Below, piece by piece: positions 1 to 9,984 of a stretch of 41,044 nt of DNA. Location of the stretch: NCBI GenBank assembly GCA_026026165.1, contig JAPEUD010000081.1, positions 62,001 to 103,044 of the forward strand, given 5' to 3'. The notes beneath the pieces are model-generated. The model worked only from the letters and a program-made list of their open reading frames with translations, ran no database searches and was not told where the DNA came from. Position 1 is the first letter of the stretch, and each line of letters begins with the position of its first letter. Source of the stretch: Sarea resinae. Taxonomy: Eukaryota. A program made the translations under genes and the position numbers.

Positions 1-1340
1 CTGCTTGGTGTTACCGGTGTTGAGGACAAGCTTCAACAAGATGTCAAGCCTTCCCTTGAGCTTCTGCGCAATGCGGGCATCAAGATCTGGATGTTAACTG
101 GCGATAAAGTGGAGACTGCACGCTGTGTAGCCGTCAGCGCCAAACTGGTCGCTCGTGGGCAGTATGTCCATACCATTTCCAAATGTGAGTGCTCATCTAC
201 GTATCGAGCAACTTGCACCTTCTAACCGTCGAGCAGTACAACGGAAAGATCTAGCACAGGATTCTCTTGACTTCCTCCGCAGTAAGACGGATGCCTGTCT
301 CCTTATTGACGGCGAATCGCTAGCTTTAATGCTGACGCACTTCCGGGAATCCTTCATCTCCCTCGCCGTACTTCTCCCCGCTGTCGTCGCCTGTCGCTGC
401 TCCCCCACGCAGAAAGCAGAGGTGGCTAAGCTGATCCGCCAATACACCAAGAAACGAATCTGCTGTATAGGCGATGGTGGCAACGACGTCTCCATGATTC
501 AAGCCGCAGATGTCGGCGTTGGCATCGTCGGCAAAGAAGGTCGTCAGGCCAGTCTTGCCGCTGATTTCTCCATCGAGCAGTTCTGCCACCTGACCAAGCT
601 GCTGGTCTGGCACGGTCGCAACAGTTACAAGCGCAGTGCTAAGCTCGCCCAGTTCATCATTCATAGGGGGCTTATCATTAGTGTGTGCCAGGCCATGTTC
701 AGCATTGCCAACAAGTTTAATCCCATTGCTCTGTATAGGGTTAGTTGAAACCACCTTCCTTGTTCTCCTTTTCCACCCTCCTAATTTACTTATACTAATT
801 ACGTTCCCACAGGACTGGCTCCTCGTTGGTTATGCAACCGTCTACACCATGGCACCCGTCTTCTCCCTCGTCCTCGACAAAGACGTCCCCGAATCCCTCA
901 CCCACATGTACCCCGAACTCTACAAGGACCTAACATCAGGGTCCTCGCTCTCCTACCGCACGTTCGCCATCTGGGTTGCCGTTTCCATCTACCAAGGCTC
1001 CCTGATCCAAGCGCTCTCTCAACTCCTAGTAGCGACGCAAGGGCCGCGCATGGTATCGGTGTCATTCACGGCGCTCGTGCTCAACGAGCTCATCATGGTC
1101 GCGCTCGAAATCACCACCTGGCACCCGGTCATGATCTTCAGTCTGCTGGGCACGGCCGTCGTCTATGCGGCCAGCGTGCCGTTTCTTGGCGACTACTTCG
1201 ATCTTCACTGGCTTGTCTCTTGGGCCTGGGTTTGGAGGGTTGTGGCTATTCTCGCCATCAGCCTGGTGCCGCCTTACGCGGTCAAGCTTGTCAGGCGCAC
1301 GCTGAGACCGCCTAGTTATCGGAAGGTACAGGGCTTGTGA
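1..1340 (+). CDS. NEO1: P4-type ATPase phospholipid flippase (Neo1/DnfD-like), 3' part only; exons <1-184, 237-739, 813-1340
   Basis: Frame 1 reads [12 protein letters not shown]...[14 protein letters not shown]. After intron 185-236 (GTGAGT..CTAAC..CAG) it reads [46 protein letters not shown] and [13 protein letters not shown]. After intron 740-812 it gives C-terminal TM helices ending [10 protein letters not shown]. Confidence 0.95.
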
Positions 1341-2994
1341 TAGCTCGAGGAGATTTCTTTTTATTACCGTTGAAAGATTAGATTAGGCCAGCGACAAAAA
1401 TTGGAAGAACGGGGGGGACTTTTCCGTTTTGCTTGGTTCTTTTTGTTTTTTTAGTTTATAAGGGGGATCATTCGGCAGGCAGCATTTCGTGCATCTGGAG
1501 CGTCGGATAGGCCAGGCGCTTTTCTCCTTTCATCCATCTCATCTCTTCTGTCACTCTCACTCTCACTCTCATTTCTCTATCGCACGAAAGGGAGCGAGAC
1601 AAAGAGTTGGTGATGTTCATACCAATATGCACAATATGTAAAGATCGGCAGGGGATCGGGAAAAGAATAATCTACTTTAACGTCTTCGTTGCTCAATGGG
1701 ACAGTCTCGACTTTCTTCAACGGCTCGCTCGCTCCCTTGCTCGCTGGTGCGTAGGTGTGCGTATGCATGTATACAATTGAAGACTAGGAGTAAAGGACTA
1801 TCTATTTCCCAACCTCTAACCTGACATCGATGTTCCAATGGCTAGCTCGTGGCCACGGCATGACATATAGACCGTCCGCGGTTCTCCGAGAGGGGAGAGA
1901 AAGAACATCGGTGGTCGTTCGTTCCGTTTCGTTGGGCCGGGAGGTAGGTAAGGTAGCTTTCCTGTGCTACTGCTCCCTTTCTCCTCAGTCGGAAGCCTTT
2001 CCTGCCCTTCCAGTCCTCCTTTCTTTTCTACGGCGTTTATCACGAAAAGCCCAGCGCGCTTCTTGTTGTACACAAACAATGGAAGATGAGACGTCTTCGC
2101 TAAATGAGGAGGTGTTGCTCACGCCGCCGGTTCGAGTTCGGATTCGGTGACTCCTGCACAGCAGAAGGTGTTGGATGTCCTGCTACCCGGTCCATGAGTT
2201 GACGCGTGCTGATCTTACATACCCTCATACCGGACGCAGTAATGGAGACGTAGCATATGTACGAGGACCTACTTACTGGGAGGGGCCGAGCCACCAGCAG
2301 CTGGAAAAAAGAAGCCGGGCCGACCTCGACCCAGTCTGAAGTCAGATGCAAAAAGGGGTAGAGAGTAAGGTAGGTAGGTGGTAGGTAGTCGGCGATAGCA
2401 AGCCAGACTGAGTTAATAGTGAAATTAGTTAGATATGGTTCGAGGGAAAGGAAAAAAGAAGATGAGTAGCGTTGAAGGAGGAAGCAGGCGGGTTGATCTG
2501 CAATATTACCTAGGTAGGTAGGTAGAGACAGACCTGGCCTTTTCCCAACTAGCTAGCTAGCACTGGCTCACGCCTGATAGGTAGGTAGGTAGGTCTAACG
2601 CTGAATTCTTCTATACACAGAGGATGGAGATCCAAGGGCAGAGAGAGAAGTTTGTCGACTTGAGTAAGCGCCTTTATAGCATTATAGCGATTGCATAGAA
2701 AAAGGACTACGCAAGGAGGTAGAGATACTGGAACGCTGGCGGAAGGAGCCTGAGAACTGGCATGCTCGCGATTAGTTCGAGGTGCGGTCCAATGTGAGGA
2801 GCGCTGCGCGATATAGTAGGCAAATAGGCATAACCCGGACGAGCCAGGCTAGAGTGGTCTTTTTGGCGCATGGAGGAACAGGTTTGCCTATTTACTGGAC
2901 CTTACACTCAAGACCGTCTCGACTCGCGATACCTACAACCTTAGAGAACTCTTACCTTATCTTAGTATCTTGTTGATCAGGAAAGAGGCAGTAA

Positions 2995-3532
2995 TTAACC
3001 ACCTACCTTAGTGCCCCATCCGGAGTGGAGCGGCGCAATCTTTCGAGACCCTGGACTGGGCGATTTGCGATAGCTCGACTGAGGAATCCAAGATGCCGGT
3101 AGTCGGATTTTTATACTTTTCATCACCGTGTGTGCAGCTTCACTTCGCAGATGCACGCATTGAAGCTTCACTCCCAGGCTACTAGTCTGAGCGACAAAGC
3201 CCCCGAATGTGAGGGTGTTGACCGCCGTCTTGTCGGAATATCGAGAGTTAGGTAGCAGAGCGAGGTGGTCATTTCCCCGCGTTGAGGAAGCGGTATTTGC
3301 CATCCTGAATGTCAATCATGCCCTAGTCTAGTCTTCAAGTTTTGTTGCCAGGCAACTTGACATCCACATCGGCGGGGACAAGTATGTCGATGTCGGAAGT
3401 TGTTCTAGTGCTTCTGATTGTAACAATGGCGGCGCCTCCTGGCAAGATAAGCGGTCCTGACAGGTTGGTCCTCAGCCTCTGTACACAGGTCTGAACGAAG
3501 GCCCGATTCTGGGCAGAAAGCGGAGCGGCCAT
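2995..3532 (-). pseudogene. Degenerate nucleotidyltransferase-fold gene (AbiEii/DUF1814-like fungal family), broken by stops and frameshifts
   Basis: ORF 3532-3335 contains LILPGGAAIVTIRSTRTTSDIDILVP (hhhGGxA...RxTxDxD). Protein-like pieces continue in shifting frames: LTLDIP, TAVNTLTF, SLGVKLQCVHLRSE, KSDYRHLGFL. I found no splice path that restores one ORF. The 3' limit is approximate. Confidence 0.55.
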
Positions 3533-3924
3533 CTCTTTTTTTTTTCACCCAACGGCAGTATTACCGACGGAAGACACGTAAAGTATGGTAGAGTAAGGTA
3601 AGGTAGGCAATGTATGTTGTGTCTACCAAGATAGTTCAAAGGGCGAACTCGAGGTTCGGTAAGGAAGACAAGGAAACGGATCCGTGCTGTTCAGAATGAG
3701 ATCAGGATATCGAACCTATCCTGCGTTTTGGTTCGAATATCTCTGCTGTAGATTGCTATCATATCATATAATAGTAAAGGTGCAGTCGTCTGTAGGAATT
3801 CCCTTCACTCTATCATTCCCTTCCCTAGAATATATTCCCTATTACCTTATCTATCACTTCGGTCATCCCGCAATGTGAATAAGAGTGACGGAGAAGGTAT
3901 GGAAGATAAGGCACAGCAGGGTAT

Positions 3925-5121
3925 TTACTCATTCCCATCCTTCTTCTCGTCGTCCTCCTGCTGCTGCTGCTGTTGACCCTGCTCGTCCTCCCTCGCCTTC
4001 ATCTTCCGCCGCTGTTTCGCTTTCTTCTCCCTATTGCGGCGCGTCTTTTTCTCGCGCTCTGTTTTCTCTTTCTCGAGGGCGACGAGGGCTTCTTGGTTGC
4101 GTTTTACGGCGAGCTGCCGGTGCGCGATGCGGCGTTTTTTGTTGAGGCGGACCCGGGGTTTGAGGGTCGGGGATGCTGCTGTTTTTGAGCTGGCGGCGGT
4201 GGTAGTGGAGAGAGCCTGAATGTGGCCGTGAATGCGGGCGCGGGAGATGGCGATGTGGGTCACGCGCCAGGGCATCGCGAGACCGGGCTGTCGAGACGAG
4301 GGATGTTAGAATAATGCATCACAATATAGATGAACCCTCTAGTAGCGGTAATAGAAGAAGAAGAACAAAGTGCCGCCATTCGACCAACTCTAGCCGCGAC
4401 AGCAGACTTACCCACTTGCGATCCCTTGATCCAGCCAGGATATCTGTTCCCTCGACTGCCGCGGCCGTGAACCTCGCTGCTTCGGCCGCCGAGGGAAGCT
4501 GTGCCACATAGTAGCTCTCGGGGCGGGGCGCCAGTATCGAGCCGGCGATGTGGCCCGCGACGTGCGGTTCGGGGGACGGGGTGGGCGAACGTAAGATTAT
4601 TGTCTGCGCCGGGTGTGATCGTGACTGCGGGTCGGTTGGTGCGAGGGGTGGGATTTGGCTTCGGGGCTTTTCGGCGTTGGCGGTTTGTGAGTCGGGGTCG
4701 GGGATCGTCTTAGACTTGGGAGGAGCGGCGAAGAGGCGGAAGGAGTATGCGTGCTCGTGGCTGTGCTCATCGTGCTGGATTCCGGACTTGGGCTGCTGGT
4801 TCTCGTTTCCGTCCACGGCGTTGGGTGAGCGGGAGCGCGAGCGCGAGGTAGAACGGTGTGAGAGGTCTTGCCGGGGCGAGGGCGGTTGCGAGGAGATGGC
4901 ATCTGTTGGAGAGGAGATATCGTAGACGGCGGCGAGCTTGGATTGGAGAGCTTTTTCGAGAGATGGAGATGGAGGAGATGGGGTTGGGAAGGGGCTGTAG
5001 AGCTCTTCACGACGGACGCTGGTAGGGGATTCTCGTTAGCTTGAAGTCCTAGATGCGATCGCGAGCGGAAATAGCTGGCCGGGGATATAATATACCGCTT
5101 GGAATCCGGGAGATCAAACAT
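3925..5121 (-). CDS. Conserved fungal protein of unknown function (DUF2011-like); exons 5121-5096, 5018-4412, 4287-3925
   Basis: Spliced product MFDLPDSKRVRREELYSP...YSFRLF...PRPESYY...FTAAAVEGTDIL...WPGLAMPWRVTHI...REKKTRRNREKKAKQRRK. Introns 5095-5019 and 4411-4288 have GT..CTAAC..CAG and keep the frame. Confidence 0.8.
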
Positions 5122-5487
5122 TGCAGAATTCGTGCGTTTGGTTCTTGTTGTGGGGGCACTTCAGTGTCAGTAAATTGAGTTGGATGGAGGTTGTCGGCCT
5201 TCGCGATATTGAAGCGATGGACCAATATAGTGTGAAGAAGCCTCAGGTGAACTTCAGTCTACAACAACTTCAACGAATTCAATTACATGGACTTCGGCAT
5301 TAAGCTGCGCAAATATGTGCATAGCTTCATACAACAATAAAATAATTCAAAGTCGGCTTGTTGAGAGCCCAGTTTCTCTACTCTAGATGCAATGTTGATA
5401 TTTCGACTTTTGTCACCAATCGCCTCCCTAAATTCCTAATACGCCAATGAACCAAACCCATTCTCAGCCAAATAGGCAACATGCCTT

Positions 5488-6918
5488 TTACTGCTGTGCA
5501 AACCATTCTAGGTATCTTGCCAATTTCTGTACTCCTTCTACGGAGACAGCGTTGTCTAAGGAAATGGTCAGAAGAGTATAGAAGCTTGGCCAAAGACGAC
5601 TCACAATTGCTCGCTCGGATCCCCCCAACGCTTCTGTGACCCTTCAGGCCCAATAGGTTGTCCTGCTCTGCTCCCGCAAGGAATTTCTTCTCCCTCTCCG
5701 CATCACCGCCAGACACCCTGAAGCAGATGTTCATCCTGCTCCGGACGCTTTGGTGCGGAACAACAGTGTATACTTGAGGATACTTGTCCAGCACTTGATA
5801 TATAATCTTTGCCTTCTCGTCTGAGACCTTCTCCTGACCTGAAATGAGTTGCACGCCATATTCCTTAACCAGACCGGTCATGACTTGCTCGGCGATCCAG
5901 AGATTGAAGATGGGAAGGGTGTTGTAAAGAGAGTTGTTCTTGGCTATAGTTGGATAATCGAAGACGATTGGCGGTGGGCTGAATCCGAGCTCGTGAAGGA
6001 GAGCAGGCGGCGGAGAAGCTGTTGTTGGAGGGAGGAGTGATTTGCGGACAACGACAATCGTGATTCCTGGGATCCCAATGTTTTTCTGTGCACCACCCTG
6101 TACATAGATCGTCAACAAGTGTGCACTTCAGAGACCGATTATTGAAATAGACTTACGAATATCACGGCATACTTGCGTACGTCCACCTTTCGACTGAGGA
6201 AATTCGAGCTCATATCTGCCACAACTAGCCTTTCATCATCTTCGTCGTTGCTTTGCGCCTCCAGACTTTTTGGATACGTCGGAAATTCGACGCCATCCAC
6301 CGTTTCGTTGTCGCAGAAGTACACCAATGCTGGCCCTGAGCCTCCTTCTTTTCTAGTCGGTGTCAATTTCCACTGATCCTCGGCTGGGATGACACCAAAT
6401 TTTCCATCATTGAATTGCCTCGCATCCACTGCAACGTTGACATATTGAGGCCCGATCAACCTGGCCGCTTCTTGAGAGGCCTTCAGTGACCATGAGCCAG
6501 TGACCAGGAAGTCCAGCTTCAGCTCCTCGTCTCTTTCCTTCTTTATCCTCTGGACTATTTGCGCTTCTGCCGTTCGGTCCACCGGACCATTCTCTGCCTC
6601 GTACTGTGCTGCTGCTCTGCTTCTCCTCTTTTCCACCCATACACCTACCAAATTCTGCACGACGGCGCTGAATTCGCCGCTGCCGCCACCTTGCATAAAC
6701 AGAATCTCGTAGCCATCGGGGATGTCCAGTAGAGTTGTCAGAGCATCCTTCGCATCGGCTAGGATCTTGTTCGCGGTGGGTGACCGGTGGGAGATCTCGG
6801 CCAGACCGAGGCCGGTGTTTTCGTAGTTGAGAAGAGCTTCAGCGCCGGCGGCTAGAACATTGGTGGGGAGAGGAGCAGGACCTGCCCCGAAGTAAGTGAT
6901 TTCTTCTCTCGATGGCAT
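5488..6918 (-). CDS. SER1: Phosphoserine aminotransferase; exons 6918-6157, 6097-5605, 5555-5488
   Basis: YFGAGPAPLP, EISHRS, LFMQGGGSGEF, FCDNETVDGVEF, VADMSSNFLS, PLP-lysine motif GGAQKNIG, SLYNTLP, RSRMNICF and GHRSVGGIRASNYNAVS. Two canonical introns keep the frame. Confidence 0.96.
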
Positions 6919-7025
6919 CTTGCCTGCTTGATCATATAAATAACAGGATGATCCGAAGGCGTTGGCTGGTTTTGGATTTGGAAGAGGGAGTAGTATTTGT
7001 TGGTTTGTCTACCTAGAGGGGCAAT

Positions 7026-7336
7026 TGAGTCACAAAATCGAAGGTAGCGCGGGGTGTTACGAGATGGTCTGCTCGAAGCTGCAACTGAGTCCTCACGGGG
7101 TTGGCCAAAATGCCCTTCAATGACTTTAATGTGTTGCAGATATCACCAATATATGAACATCTGAGGACAGCTTCAGCTGTATTTCTAAACTCTGCAATAC
7201 TGAACCTGATGCAACAAGTCTTATGATCTGATTCTCGTCTTCTCTTCGTCTCCAGCTCGTCGCATCGCCTGCCCCTCGGCACGCCGACTTCGGCTGGAGC
7301 TGGCCAATCCAAATAAATCCAATTGCGGATGACTAA
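7026..7336. promoter_or_regulatory. Gcn4/CpcA-type elements in the 511-bp divergent SER1/LYS4 promoter
   Basis: Perfect TGAGTCA at 7026-7032, near-match TGAGTCC at 7086-7092, and TGACTAA at 7330-7336. Both flanking genes encode amino-acid biosynthetic enzymes. Confidence 0.6.
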
Positions 7337-7429
7337 GGAACTTCTCGATTATCTGGGGTTGTGACAGAAATATTTCATCACAATTCCAGTCGTGACAGCA
7401 TCACAGCCTACTCTGGAACGACAGGAAAG

Positions 7430-9984
7430 ATGGCTGGTGTGCGGGCAGTCCGGCTGTTGGCCAGCAGAAATATTCTGGTAGAGTGCAATGGCGTTGCATT
7501 GTTACCTGGGCGCAATTGCTAATCTCTCAGTAGCCACGCGCAATATTGCCTACGGCACGATGCAGCATTGCCCGTCCTTTGGCACAGCGAGCGGTAGCCA
7601 GAAGTCGATCACAACCCTACTCATGCAGTGCAAGGCTGTCTTCAGATGTCTTTCATGCTCAACAGGAGGACCCCATGGCCTCGGCCATCCTGTCGACACT
7701 CAAAACCGCGTCACCAGCTGTTCCTCAGACCCTCACCGAGAAGATCGTCCAGCGCTACTCCATCGGCCTTCCAGAAGATAAATTTGTCAAGGCTGGCGAT
7801 TATGTTACACTGGAGCCACACAGATGCATGACACACGACAATTCCTGGCCCGTGGCCATGAAGTTCATGTCCATCGGAGCATCCACGATCCACAATCCAC
7901 GCCAGATAGTCATGACACTCGATCACGACGTGCAGAATAAGAGTGAATCGAACATGAAGAAGTATAGACAAATTGAAGAGTTCGCAGCCAAGCAAGGTGT
8001 GGACTTTTACCCTGCCGGCCGCGGTATTGGCCATCAGATTATGATCGAGGAGGGCTACGCCTGGCCAGGGACCTTGGCCGTTGCTTCGGATAGTCACACG
8101 AACATGTACGGCGGGATCGGATGCTTAGGCACAGCCATGGTTCGTACCGATGCTGCTAGTATATGGGCTACGGGCCGAACATGGTGGCAGATTCCTCCCA
8201 TTGCAAAGGTCACGTTCACCGGTGTTCTGCCCCAGGGAGTGACTGGAAAGGACATCATCGTGGCCCTGTGTGGCCTATTCAACAACGATGAGGTGTTGAA
8301 CCATGCGATTGAATTCACAGGTTCGGAAGAGACGTTAAGAAGCATACCGGTCGATGACCGCCTGACGATCGCCAACATGACGACCGAATGGGGCGCTCTG
8401 TCTGGCCTCTTCCCTATCGACTCTGTCTTGCAGGCTTGGCTTCGATACAAGGCTACCGATGCCGCTTTATACAAATCTGCCGATGCTGGCAAGAGCTCAG
8501 CGCATGAGCGGTTTACCCACGCGGCGCTTGATGAGCTCTTCGAAAACCAACTGGTCGCTGACAAGGGCGCTCAGTACGCCAAATCCCTTTATCTCAACCT
8601 TTCAAGTCTCTCGCCTTACGTCTCCGGGCCCAACTCGGTCAAAGTGGCAACCCCATTAAACCAGCTAGAAGCTCAAGACATCAAGATCAATAAAGCATAT
8701 CTTGTGTCGTGCACCAACTCCCGTGCTTCTGACCTTGCTGCTGCCGCAAAGGTCTTCAAGGACGCCGCCGAAGAAAATGGAGGCAAAATCCCCAAGGTCG
8801 CCAGAGGAGTCAATTTCTACATTGCCGCAGCATCATTGCCCGAGCAGCAAGCGGCCGAAGAGCAAGGTGATTGGCAAGCTATGCTCGAGGCGGGCGCTAA
8901 GCCACTCCCAGCCGGATGCGGTCCCTGCATAGGTCTCGGTACGGGTCTTCTCGAGCCTGGTGAAGTAGGCATTAGTGCCAGCAATCGTAATTACAAGGGT
9001 CGAATGGGCTCCACGGAAGCCAAAGCTTACCTCGCCAGCCCCGAAGTGGTGGCCGCTAGCGCGCTCAGCGGAAAGATCTCAGGTCCGGGCTGGTACGAGA
9101 AGCCCGAGGGTAGTGAAGGGGTCTTACGCGGAGAGGGTGATGGCATCAAGGAAGAAGACCGGATGATTACTATTGAAGAGGCTCTCGAAAGAATCATTGC
9201 CCAAGCAGATGAGATGGTCACCACGGCTGAAGAGCAAGGCTTCACTTCTGATTCCGCCGCCTCCGCCAATGCCGATTCCGCTCCATCTGCTACTACTCTC
9301 GTCGACGTCCTCCCCGGGTTCCCTGAGAAGATAACTGGCGAGATCGTCTTCTGCGACGCCGATAACATAAACACTGATGGCATCTACCCTGGCAAGTACA
9401 CTTACCAGGATTATGTCTCCCGCGAAAAGATGGCCGAGGTATGCATGTCCAACTACGACCCCTCGTTCTCCTCGATCGCCGTGGAGGGTGACATTCTCGT
9501 GTCCGGCTTCAACTTTGGAACGGGAAGCTCGCGCGAGCAGGCCGCGACGGCATTGCTGGCAAAGGGCATCCCCATGGTAGTGGCAGGGAGCTTTGGCAAT
9601 ATTTTCGCCAGGAACAGCATCAACAATGCTCTGTGCGGACTCGAAGTGCCCAGACTTGTAGAGAGGCTCAGGGAGTCTTTCTCCTCAACTCCCAAGGCCT
9701 CAAAGACAGCTCCCATCTCCGAACCTGCTGTGAACTCCCAATCTCTCGACTCTCCGCCACCGGGACCCACCACGACTCCCGCCAACGAGAAGCAACTCAC
9801 CCGCCGCACCGGTTGGCGCTTCCTCTGGGACGTACGAAGGAGTCTGGTCGAGGTCACCGAAGGCCCCGGACCCGATGCGAAGAAATGGACTCAAAAGGTG
9901 GGAGAGATGCCACCGAATGTGCAGGCCATTATCGCGAGAGGGGGTTTAGAGGGTTGGGTCAAGGGAGAGATTGAGGCGAAATGA
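7430..9984 (+). CDS. LYS4: Homoaconitase, mitochondrial (alpha-aminoadipate lysine pathway); exons 7430-7477, 7534-9984
   Basis: [74 protein letters not shown] and [11 protein letters not shown]. The Arg/Ser/Ala-rich presequence from ATG 7430 is joined by intron 7478-7533 (weak donor GTAGAG, GCTAAT branch). Confidence 0.95.

Noticed and set aside
5378..5604. Extended SER1 C-terminus in the ORF track (...STLHLE)
   Set aside because: Artefact of reading through intron 5604-5556. Splicing restores the conserved RASNYNAVS end, and there is no targeting signal in the extension.
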